Source: Elusimicrobiota bacterium | GTDB taxonomy: Bacteria > Elusimicrobiota > Elusimicrobia > UBA1565 | Assembly: GCA_043819795.1 (NCBI GenBank) | Contig: JBDREN010000156.1 | Span: forward strand, 1-24,351 | DNA: 24,351 nucleotides | Direction of reading: 5' to 3' | The notes under the pieces: generated by a model | What the model saw: the letters and a program-made list of their open reading frames with translations, nothing else | Databases searched by the model: none | Told to the model about the DNA's origin: nothing | Shown: in pieces, positions 10,401-22,400 of the stretch | Layout of the letters: every line of letters begins with the position of its first letter | Position numbering within the stretch: position 1 is the first letter of the stretch | Translations under genes and position numbers: made by a program

Positions 10401-13400
10401 CCCCGGGCTCAACGACCTGCTGGACTTCGCCTCCGACGCGGATTCGTCGGCGGACGGTCTGGAGTTCAGGATCGTCAATATGCAGGATGTCATCGACGCT
10501 CTGGGGCTCTCCGACGGCTCGACCGGCGGGGAGGCGGACATCCCGGCCGTGACTATCGGCGAAGATCCCGATAGCGGGGAGTTCGCCCTGCGAGGGGACG
10601 GCCAGGCCCACGGCAACACCTTCCACGTCCATCCGCGAAGGGAGCTCTCCGGGTCGGTGACCGTGACCGTCGAGGCCCGGGACGACGGAGGCGCGGTGTC
10701 CGAGCCGCGGTCCTTCACCCTCACGATCAACCCGGTCAACGACCCGCCGGTCGCCGACGACCGGAGCGTCGTGACGAACGAGGATACGCCGGCCTCGATC
10801 ACGCTCACGGCTTCAGACGAGGATTCCGCGGCTCTGGGCTACACCCTCTTGACTCAGCCCACCAAGGGGACGCTGACGGGAACGCCTCCGGACCTCACCT
10901 ACACCCCGGGCGACAACGAGAACGGCTCGGACAGCTTCACGTTCAAGGCGAACGACGGGACGACGGATTCGAACGAGGCCACGGTCTCGATATCGATCAC
11001 TCCGGTCAACGACCTACCCATGGCGGCCGACGACGCCTACGAGACGGACGAGGACGCGGCCCTGACGGTCTCGGAACCGAGCGCCGGCCTTCTGGCCGAC
11101 GACACGGACGCCGAAGGAGACTCCCTCACGGCGTCGCTGGCGGTTGACGTTTCGCACGGCACGCTGGAGCTCAACGCGGACGGCACGTTCACGTACACGC
11201 CGGCTCGGGACTACAACGGGGAGGACAGCTTCACCTACAAGGCCAACGACGGCCAGGACGACTCCGAGCCGGCCACGGTGACGCTCACCATCAATGCGAT
11301 CGAGGACGCGCCGGTCGCCGCGGACGGATCGGTGACGACGGAAGAGGACACGGAATCGGGTCCTATCGCCCTGGACGCCGAAGACGCGGACGGCGATCCG
11401 ATCAGCTTCGAGCTGAAGGGCTGCCCGGCGCACGGCACGCTGAGGGATTCCGCCGGCGCGGCTGTCGGGTGCGTCGGTTCCGGGATGGTCGCCCTCTACT
11501 CGTTCGACGAGGGCTCCGGGGCGACGTCCGCGGACGGGAGCGGCAACGGCAACGACGGCGCCGTCTCGGGTTCTCCCGGCTGGACAAGCGGCATGGCCGG
11601 AGGCGCTCTGGAGTTCAGCGGCGACGACCAGATCACCGTGCCCCACAGCGCCAGCCTGGGCATGACGGAGGCCCTCAGCGTGGAGACGTGGGTCAGGCCG
11701 ACCGGCTACTCCTCCTGCTACGACACCCTCAGGGTCGTCTACAAGTTCTCTACCGATGGCAGGTGGGACGGCTGGAACCTCGACATCAAGTGCGGCACGG
11801 GGCTGCTCCGCGTGGAGCTGGTGGACACGGTCGGAAAGCGATATCTGTACTATTCCGATCGTCCCGTCCCGGAGAATGTATTCAGCCATGTGGCGTTCAC
11901 CTGGGACGGCGACGCGGTCAAGTTCTATATCGACGGCGAGCCCGCCGGCGAGACGCCCACGACGTTCGGCCCCATCCCCGCCCATACGGGTCCCATGATC
12001 ATCGGCAAGATCCCGTGGACGGCGTACAGGGGCGTGATAGATGAGCTCGCGGTCTACGATAGGGCCCTCGGCCCCGAGGAGGTGGCTGCGCGGTTCAACG
12101 CTCCGGGCGCCGGCTTCGCGACCACGGTCACCCCGCCGTTGACGTACACGCCCGGGGCGGACTACAACGGTCCGGATTCCTTCTCTTTCGTGGGGAACGA
12201 CGGCAAGGCGGACAGCAACGAGGCGACCGTCGCGATCACGGTCAACGCGGTCAACGACCCGCCGGTCGCCGCGGACGCTTCGGTCACGACCGACGAGGAC
12301 GCTCCGGCGGCGATCACGCTCTCCGCCTCGGACGTGGAGTCGCCGAGCCTGGACTACACGGTCCTGACGCAGCCGGAGCACGGGACCCTCAGCGGGACGG
12401 CTCCGGACCTAACCTACACGCCCGACGCCGACTACAACGGAAGCGACTCCTTCACCTTCAAGGCGAACGACGGCGAGGCGGACTCCAACGAGGCTACAGT
12501 GTCGATCTCGGTCACGCCGGTCAACGACGCGCCGGCGGCCCGGGACGGCTCCATCGCGACCGACGAGGACACGGAGTCGGGACCCATCGCCTTGGAGGCC
12601 GACGATGTGGACGGCGACGCGCTGAGCTTCTATATGGGGAGCTGCCCGGCCCACGGGACCCTCAAGGACGCCGGCGGCGCGGCCGTTGACTGCGCGGGCT
12701 CCGCGATGCCGGCGGGGCTGGTCGCGCTCTACTCCTTCGACGAGGGCTCCGGGATGACCGCCGCGGACGGCAGCGGCAACGGCAACGACGGCTCCATCTC
12801 CGGCTCGCCCGTCTGGGCGGGCGGCGTGGCGGGCGGGGCCCTTCAGTTCAGCGGCGACGATCAGATCACCGTGCCCCACAGCGAGAGCCTGGGCATGACG
12901 GAGGCCGTCAGCGTGGAGACGTGGGTCAGGCCGGACACCTATTCTTGCGGGGACACGTATAGGATCATTTACAAGTTCTCGACCGACGGCAGATGGGACG
13001 GCTGGAACCTCGACCTCAAGTGCAGCTCGGGGCTGCTCCGCGTCGAGCTGGTGGACATGGCCGGAAAGCGGTACCTGTACTATTCGGATCGTCCCGTTCC
13101 GGTGAATGTGTTCAGCCATGTGGCGTTCACCTGGGACGGCGGCTCGGTGAAATTCTATATCGACGGCGAGCCGGCCGGCGAGACCGCCACGGCGTTCAGC
13201 TCCATCCCCGCCCACACGGGCCCCATGATCATCGGGAAGATCCCCTGGACGGCCTACAGGGGCGTGGTCGACGAGCTCGGGGTGTACGACCGCGCGCTCA
13301 GTCCGGAGGAGGTGGCGGCGCGGTACGACAATCCGGGCGCCGGGTTCGCGCCTCCGCTCGATCCGCCGCTCAGCTATATGCCCGAGGCCGACTTTGGCGG

Positions 13401-16400
13401 CTCGGACTTCTTCACCTTCACCGCGAGGGATGGGTCGGCGGAGAGCACGGCGGGCACGTGGCAGATCACGGTCACCCCGGTCAACGACCCGCCGGTGGCG
13501 TACGGCCAGCAGCTGACGACGGATGAGGACGCGCCGGCGGCGATCACGCTCTCCGCGTCGGATCCGGAGCAGGACGTCATCTCGTACTTCATCGTCCCCG
13601 GCCCCGCGCATGGGACCTTGAGCGGGACAGCTCCCGACCTGACCTATACCCCCGATCTCAACTACAACGGGCAGGACTCCTTCGGCTTCAAGGCGGCGGA
13701 TACGCCCGCGGCCCTCCCCGAGGGGCTGGCGCACTATTGGAACTTCGACGACGGGACGGCGCGCGACTTGGCGGGCTCCAACCACGGGACGCTCCACGGC
13801 GCGGCCCCCGCCGCTTCCGGCCGGGTGGGCGGCGCGATGAGCTTCGACGGCAGCTCCCACATCGACGTGGGCACGATCGGCGACGGGCCCTCGTTGACGA
13901 TCTCGGCATGGATCAAGAGCGACGGCACCGGACAGGATCAGGAGATCATGGCCCAGGGCTCGTGGGGCTCCGGCACCTGGCAGACCTGGCTGGTCCCATG
14001 GGGCTCCGCCGGGACGGCGTTCGGTGTCGGCGGGCCCGGCACCTACGGGGGGCCGGACCTCACGGACGGCCAATGGCACCAAGTGGTGGGCGTCTACGAC
14101 GATTCGGACTCGAGCCAGACGCTCTACGTGGACGGCCAGCACGTGATCACGACCGTGCGGGGCTACACGGCCAGCCCGCGGCAGACCTACATCGGCTCCA
14201 GGCCGGGCTACTCCAAGAACTTCAACGGGCTGATCGACGAGGTGGCCGTCTACGCCCGGGCGCTCTCGCCGGAGGATATCCAGCAGGCGTATCAGGACGG
14301 ATCGCAGAACATCGGCCTGCTCTACGACCTGAGCACGAGCGTGGCGAGCATCGAGGTGACCATACTGCCGGTCAACGACGCGCCGGTCGCGCAGAGCCAG
14401 GCGGTCCAGACCGACGAAGACGTCTCCGTCGCGATCGTCCTCGCGGCCGAGGATCCGGACGGAGACCCCTTCGACTACGCGCTAGGCGACCCTCCGAGCC
14501 ACGGGACGCTGAGCGGGGACTTGCCGGAGCTGACCTACACCCCGGCGCCCGACTACAACGGGAGCGATTCGTTCACGTTCACGGCTTCCGACGACAGCCT
14601 GGGATCCGAACCGGCCACGGTGAGCGTGTCCGTCGCCTCGGTCAACGACCTGCCGGTGGCCGAGGGCCAGCAGGTGACGACGGACGAGGATACGCCGGTC
14701 GCCTTCACGCTGGGCGCCTCGGACGCGGACGGCGATCCCCTCGAGTTCACGGTCACGGAGCCGGGGCACGGGACCCTGAGCGGGACCGCGCCGGACCTGA
14801 CCTACACCCCCGACCTGGACTACAACGGCCCGGACTCCTTCGAGTTCCAGGCCGACGACGGGCGGCCTCCCCACGGCATGGTCCACTATTGGAATTTCGA
14901 CGACGGTACGGCGCGCGACCTGGCCGGGTCCAACCACGGGACGCTCTATGGGGCGGCGCCCTCCGCTTCGGGCCGGGTCGGCGGCGCGATGAGCTTCGAC
15001 GGCGGCTCGCACATCGACGTGGGCACGATCGGGGACGGGCCTTCTCTGACGATCTCGGCGTGGATCAAGAGCGACGGCACCGGTCAGGACCAGCAGATCA
15101 TCGCCCAGGGCTCGTGGGGCTCCGCCACCTGGCAGATCAATCTGGTCCCCTGGGGCTCCGGCGCGACCGCGTTCGGCGTCGGCGGGAGCGGCCTTTACGG
15201 GGGTCCGGACCTCACGGACGGCCAGTGGCACCAGGTGGTGGGCGTCTACGACGATCCGAGCTCGCGCCAGACGCTCTACGTGGACGGCCAGCAAATCGCT
15301 ACGGAAGTCCGGGGCTACGCGAGCGGCCCGAGAGGGACGTATATCGGCTCCAGGCCGGGCGCGACCAAATACTTCAACGGTCTGATCGACGAGGTGGTCA
15401 TCTATGCCCGGGCGATGTCCGCGGAAGAGGTCCAGGGGGCCTACCAGAACGGATCGAACGGCGTCGGCCCGTACCCTAGCCCGAACCCGGCGACCGTGAC
15501 GCTCACGATCGAACCGGTCAATGACCCGCCGGTCGCAGACGACCTCCAGGTCACGACCGACGAGGACACCGACGCCCTCATCGCTTTGACCGGCTCGGAC
15601 GTGGAGGGCGCCGGGCTCAGCTTTTCAATCGCGTCTTTGCCCGGAGAGGGCAAGCTGTTCCAGAGCACAGCCCAAGGCCAGCGCGGCGCCGAGATCACGG
15701 CCGCCGGGCCGGTCACCGACAGCGGCGGGCGCGTGATCTACGCCCCGCCTCAGGACGCCAACGGCGGCTCGTTCGAGCCCGGCTCGGAGCCGTTCACGGA
15801 GTTCGCGTACACGGCCAACGACGGGGGCGCGGACTCGGCCGGGGCCACGGCGGGGATCGTCGTCAATCCGGTCAACGACCCGCCGGTGGCGTACGGCCGG
15901 CAACTGACGACGGACGAGGACATCCCGGTGGCGGTCACGCTCTCCGCGTCGGACGCGGAGCAGGACGCCATCTCGTACTTCGTCTCACCGGGCCCCGCGC
16001 ATGGGACGCTCAGCGGGACCGCTCCCGAGCTGACCTATACCCCGGATCTGAACTACAACGGCCAGGACTCCTTCGGCTTCATGGCGGCGGACAGGCCCGG
16101 CGTTCTGCCCGAGGGCCTGGTCCACTATTGGCCTTTCGACGACGGGACGGCGCGCGATCTGGCGGGCTCCAAGCACGGGACGATCAACGGGGCGGCGCCC
16201 GTCCCCGTGGGCCGGGTGGGCGGGGCGATGAGCTTCGACGGCAATTCCCATATCGACGTGGGCATGATCGGCGACGGTCCCTCGTTGACCATCTCGGCGT
16301 GGTTCAAGACCACCGGCACCGCCTATTCCCAGGAGATCATCGCCCAGGGACCCTGGAACTCTCAGACTTGGCAGGTGCTGCTCAAGGGGCGCCGGGGAGC

Positions 16401-19400
16401 CATCGAGTTCGGCAGCGGCGGGGCCACCCAGGCGGGGCCGATCCTCTCGGACGGCCAGTGGCACCACATCGCGGGCGTCTACGACGATTCGAGCTCGGCC
16501 CAGAAGCTCTACGTGGACGGCCAGTACCTGAATGCGATCAACCGGAGCTTCACCGCCGGCCCGAAGCAGACCTACATCGGGTCTCGGCCGGGCACCACCA
16601 TGAACTGGACCGGGCTGATCGACGAGGTGGCAGTCTACTCCCGGGCGCTCTCCGCCCCGGAGATCCAGCAGGCGTATCAGGACGGATCGCAGGGCATCGG
16701 CCTGCCTTTGGACGGGAACACGAGCGTGGCGACCATCGACTTGACCATCTTGCCGGTCAACGACGCGCCGGTCGCGCGGAGCCAGACGGTCCAGACCGAC
16801 GAGGACGTTCCCGTTTCCATCGTCCTCTCCGCGGAGGATCCCGAGGGGGATTCCATCGACTACGCCCTCGGCCAGCCTCCGATCCACGGGACGCTGAGCG
16901 GGGACATGCCGGAGCTGACCTACACCCCGGCGCCCGACTACAACGGGAGCGACTCGTTCACGTTCACGGCCTCCGACGGCAGTCTCGGGTCCGAACCGGC
17001 CACGGTGAGCGTGTCCATCGCCCCGGTCAATGACCTGCCGGTGCCGGACGACCAGCAGGTGACCACGGACGAGGACACGCCCGTCGCGATCACGCTGAGC
17101 GCTTCGGACGTGGACGGCGACCCCATCGAGTTCGCGGTGGTCTCGGAGCCCGGCCACGGCACCCTGAGCGGGACCGCTCCCGATCTGACCTATACTCCCG
17201 ATCCTGACTACAACGGCCAGGACTCCTTCGGCTTCGAGGCCATGGACAGGGCTGGCGTTCCCCCCGAGGGGATGGTCCACTATTGGTCCTTTGACGACGG
17301 GACGGCGCGCGACCTGGCCGGCGCCAACGACGGGACGATGAACGGAGCGGTGTCCACGCCTTCCGGCCGGGTGGGCGGGGCGATGAGCTTCGACGGCAAT
17401 TCCTATATCGACGTGGGCATGATCGGCGACGGGCCCTCGTCGACCATCTCGGCGTGGTTCAGGACCACCGGCACCGCCTATTCCCAGGAGATCATCGCCC
17501 AGGGACCCTGGAACTCTCAGACCTGGCAGGTGCTGCTCAAGGGGCGCCAGGGAGCCATCGAGTTCGGCAGCGGCGGGGCCACCCAGGCGGGGCCGAGCCT
17601 CTCGGACGGCGAGTGGCACCACATCGCGGGCGTCTACGACGCCGGGGACTCGGGCCAAAAGCTCTACGTGGACGGCCAGCACCTGAGAACGATCACTCGG
17701 AGCTTCAGCGCCTCCCCGCGGCAGACCTACATCGGGTCTCGGCCGAGCACCACCATGAACTGGACCGGGCTGATCGACGAGGTGGCCGTCTACGCCCGGG
17801 CGCTCTCCGCCGCGGAGATCCAGCAGGTTTATCAGGACGGTCTGAACGGGGTCGGCCCGTTGGCCGCGGCGAACTGGAATCAGGCGACCATCGCGCTCAC
17901 GGTCGACCCGGTCAACGACGCGCCGGTGGCCGACGACCTGCGGGTGGCCACCGATGAGGATACCGACGCCCGCATCACCCTGACCGGCTCGGACGTCGAG
18001 GGCTCCGGGCTGAGCTTCTCGATCGCGTCGCTGCCCGGAGGGGGCAAGCTGTATCAGAGCACGGCCCACGGCGAGCGCGGCGCCGAGATCACGGCCGCCG
18101 GGACGCAGGTCACCGACAGCGGCGGGCGCGTGATCTACGCCCCGCCTCAGGACGCCAACGGCGGGTCCTTCGCTCCCGGCTCCGACCCGTTCACGGAGTT
18201 CGTCTACACGGCCAACGACGGCGCCGCGGACTCGGCCGGAGCCACGGTGGGGATCGTGGTCGTCCCGGTCAACGACCCGCCGACCCAGCCCGGCAAGCCG
18301 ACCGTGGTCAAGGCCGTGACCAACGAGGCGAGCCATGAGGTGTCCTGGCTCAGCTCGACCGACATCGACAGCAATACTATCTACTACCGGGTCTACATGA
18401 GCCACAACGGCGGGAACTTCCTGCTCGTAACGGCGCCTACGCTTATGACCAAGTATGTCAACGGCAACCTGCTCGAAGGGACGTACGAGTACCAGGTGGA
18501 GGCCGTAGACGACGCCGGGGGCGCGAGTCCCCGGGCGGCTTCGGACCCGGCGATCGTCGACCGGACGCCTCCGATCGTCTCGGTGGGCGCTCCGCCGGAC
18601 GGGATGAAGACCGCCTCGCCCGACGTGGCGGCCCGGGTGGACTACTTCGACCCGGGCGGGGACCTGGCCAACCTTATCAGCCGGTGGTCCGGCGAAGGGG
18701 ACTATCGGGACTCCGCGGGCGCGAACGACGGGACTCCGGGGGGGAGCGTGTCCTTCGACGCTGGCAGAGCGGGCCAGGGTTTCCGGCTCCGGAACAGCGG
18801 CGGTGTGCGGGCGGTCGGGGAGTATCCCGTCGCCCAGGCCAATGAGATCACCATGATGGGCTGGATCAAGCTCGACACGCACTCGGGCTACAGCGGGCTG
18901 GTGAGCTCGGAGGGCTGCTGCCAATACCGGATCCTGGTGAGCCCGGACCACCGGCTCTTCTACAACGCCGGCACGCACATCGATATCCCCGTCGGCCCGG
19001 CGCTTGCCTTGGGCGAGTGGCATCACGCCGCCATGACGATCCGTGGAGGCCAGACGGCGAAGATCTACCTGAACGGCGAGCTGATCCACGAGAGCGAGCA
19101 GGGCGTGCCCGCCCAGCTCCCGCCGCTGACGACCGTCCTCCTGGGCGTGGGCGAGAACATCGGCACGCACGGGATCGAGGACGGGATGGTGGACGAGGTG
19201 GAGGTCTACAGCCGGGCGCTCACGGACGAGGAGGTCCGCGTCCGCTACGAGGACCATCCGCTCGGGGTGGTGGCGAGCGGGATGGATACGGCCACCCTGG
19301 CGGTGACGCGCAACGGCCAGGACGTGACGGGCGAGTTTACGGCCGGCGGAGCGGCGGCCTCGGCCCAGTTCCTGGGTCTGCCCGACGGGGAGTATGCCCT

Positions 19401-22400
19401 CTCGGCCTCGGTGAGCGACCTAGCGACCAACCAGGGGGCCTCGGCGCCGGTCAAGTTCACGGTGGACACCACGCCGCCAACGATCACGCTCACCGCGCCG
19501 CTGGCGGGCCAACAGTTCATCGCCACGCAGAATACGATCCCGATCGGCTTCAGCGTGGCGGACAACCTGGACCCGTCGCCTCAGGTCGTGCGCGCGCAGC
19601 TGATGCTGGAGGAGGCGCGGAGCGGCGCGCCCGGCAAGGAGCAAGGTCCGGTGGACGTGACGAGCGGGCAGGCGCCGATCGAGCCCCTAAGCCTGCAGGC
19701 GGGGCTCTGGAAGCTTTCTGTGACGGCCGCGGACTGGGTGGGCAACCAGAGGACCGAGGTGACGCCGGATCCTTATTTCGAGGTGATCCACGACATCAAG
19801 CCTCCGCGGACCACGGTGACGATCGCCGAGCCGAGGTACCCGCCGGAGCCGGCTCCGGGCGACCCCGAGCCCGAGTTGGTCTACCTTACGGGCGCGACTT
19901 TCGTGATCGCCTCTTCGACCGACGACCTGGTGACGGTCGGCGACAACGCGGGCCTCGGCGTGGCGACGCAGACCATCAAGGTGGGCGGGAACGTGAGGTT
20001 CGAGTACCGTAACCCGAGCCCGGCGGTCGGCGAGAGCTTCGTGAAGAGCTTCCAGCTGGGCGACGTCGACGGACCGCTGACGCTCCTGGCCGAGGCCGAG
20101 GACGTCCTGGGTAAAATGGAGACGGGCCAGGCCTTGAGCCTGCACATGGACAACCTGGCGCCGGTTATGGGCCATACGTTCAGCGCGGAGCCCGTGGTCC
20201 GGGCGCCCAAGAACGAGAAGTGGTTCGCGGCTGCGTTCCAGATCATATGGGAAGCGAACGACGGCACGGGTTCGGGCGTGGCGCATCTGGACGGGCCGAC
20301 GGACGTGACGGACGACGCCTTCGATGCGCCGTACACCGGGCGTTCGGCGGACAACGTGGACAACGAGCGGACTTTGACGGTGCGCGTGAACCTGGACACG
20401 ATCGCGCCCGTTGTGGACGCCGGGGGCGACGTGACCGTAGAGGAGGGCGTCGAGGTGGAGTTCTCGGGCACGGTGACCGACAACCTCGACGAGGTTGCGC
20501 AGTACGGGTGGACGTTCGGCGACGGCGGGATCGCGGACCAGGAGCCGAAGCCGACGCACACGTATCTCGATGAGGGGATTTATGAGGTGACGCTGACGGC
20601 GACCGACCATGCTGGACATACGACCTCGGACTCGCTCACGGTGACGGTGCTGAACGCCGCGCCGGTCGTGACGTCCGCGGCCGCCGAGCCCCAGCCTGTG
20701 GGCGAGGGGAGCGCGTTGACGATCACCGCCGCATTCACGGACCTGGGCATCCTGGACACGCACGCGGCCGAGATCGATTGGGGCGATAACACGACATCGG
20801 CGGCGAGCCTGACCGATGAGGGCGGCTCCGGGAGCCTGACGGCGGAGCACGTGTACGCCGACGATGGAATATACACGGTGAGGGTGACGGTGAGCGACGA
20901 CGACGGCGATTCCGGCGAGGCGACGCTCGACGTCACGGTGGACAACGCGGCCCCGACGATCGAAGCCGGGGCGGACCAGGCCGTGGACGAGGGCGGCGTG
21001 ATCAGCCTGGCCCCGTCCACGTTCCACGACCAGGGCACGCTGGACACGCATACGGAGACGATCAACTGGGGCGACACCACGCCGACGGAAGCGGGCGTTG
21101 TGAGCGAGTCGCCGTTCGGCCCTCCAGGGGACACGGCTGGCGCGAACGGCACCATATCGGGCATCCACGTGTACGCCGACAACGACACCTACACGGTGAC
21201 GGTCTGCGTAAAGGATGACGATAACGCCGAGCAGTGCGATGCGCTGACCGCTACGGTGAACAACGTGGCTCCGACGATGGAGGCGGGGACCGATAAGATC
21301 GCGGCGGCGGACGGGCGCCTGATCGTGGGCGGCGGGATCCCCGTCCGGAACATGGATGTCTGGCGGCTCGGACAGAGCGGCCTGCAAAGCGTGGTGATCG
21401 GGCCGGAGGAGCCGGTGACGGCGCCGCCGATCATGTTCCACGACCAGGGCACGCTGGACACGCACGGCGTGCTGATCGAGTGGGGCGACGACACGTCCGA
21501 CGCGGCTGTGGTAACGGAGTCGCCGTCAGGTCCTCCCGGCTTGACGGCAGGGGCGGACGGGATCGCGCGGGCGCAGCATCAGTACACGGCCAACGGGATC
21601 TACCCGCTGAAGGCGACGGTGACCGACGACGACGGCGGTTCGGTGTTCGGCGGCTACTCGGTGACGGTGGACGTGGTCCCGCCGGCGACGATGATCTCGC
21701 ACAGCGGGAACGTGAGCGCCGATTCCGGCATCCCCGCCCAGGCCACGGTGTTCCTGGACGCCGACGCGATGAACGCGCTGAGCGCGGAGGACCCGGTGGA
21801 CAACGAGATCGCCTTCGGCGTGCAGTGGACGTTCCGCAGGGACCTGTCGTTCGAGGGCTCGGACTCGACGTACACGGTGCACGAGGAGGCGTTCAGCCTG
21901 GCGGAGGAAGGCGTGCACATCCTCGAGTACTTCAGCGTGGACAAGCGCGGCAACGAAGAGACGCATAAGCTCATCACGATCGGCGTGGACCATACGCCGC
22001 CCATCCCGGCGCTGGAGGTGGGCGATCCGAAGTACCTGGCGTTCGGCCTGACGTTCATCGAGCCCGAGACGCCGATCACGCTGTCGGCCGAGGACCCGGT
22101 GACGTCCGACGTCGCTTCGGGCGTGGACCGGATCACGTACCGGATAGACGGCGGGGAGCTTCAGACCTATACGGAGCCGTTCCCGCTGGAGCCGGGCACG
22201 CACATCATCGACTACGGCGCGGTGGATAAAGTCGAGAACGAGCGTCGGGAGACGTTCGCGGTGGCCGTGGCGAACTACGAGTTCCACCTGACGGGCGTTT
22301 ACCAGGTGGACGGGACGGGCACGTCGGACATCAAGGGCCTTGTGCAGTCGAACGGGCTTGTGGACCTCGGGGGCTCCAACCGGGTGGACGGGGACGTGAC

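Larger units (their letters stand above)
7162..18267 (+). repeat. Stalk of 17 cadherin-like/Big_9 (tandem-95 type) Ig repeats, 8 of them split by inserted domains
   Basis: Units start at NDxPV-like motifs at 7162, 8734, 10066, 10339, 10738, 11008, 11302, 12253, 12523, 13483, 14374, 14644, 15520, 15874, 16759, 17029 and 17914. Consensus TDED..HGTL..LTYTP..DYNGxDSFTFxAxDG. Several intact units are exactly 270 nt. Confidence 0.9.

Noticed and set aside
13723..17835. Near-identical LamG repeats as a diversity-generating retroelement TR/VR pair
   Set aside because: No reverse transcriptase in the window, all copies are in-frame coding, and differences are not confined to adenines.
7198..18267. 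Regularly spaced DNA repeats as a CRISPR array
   Set aside because: They are degenerate, codon-phased protein repeats. There are no identical short repeats with unique spacers and no cas genes.
6175..19251. Inserted modules as inteins or self-splicing elements
   Set aside because: No Hint-domain motifs (N-terminal Cys/Ser with C-terminal His-Asn). The inserts are extracellular-type folds.
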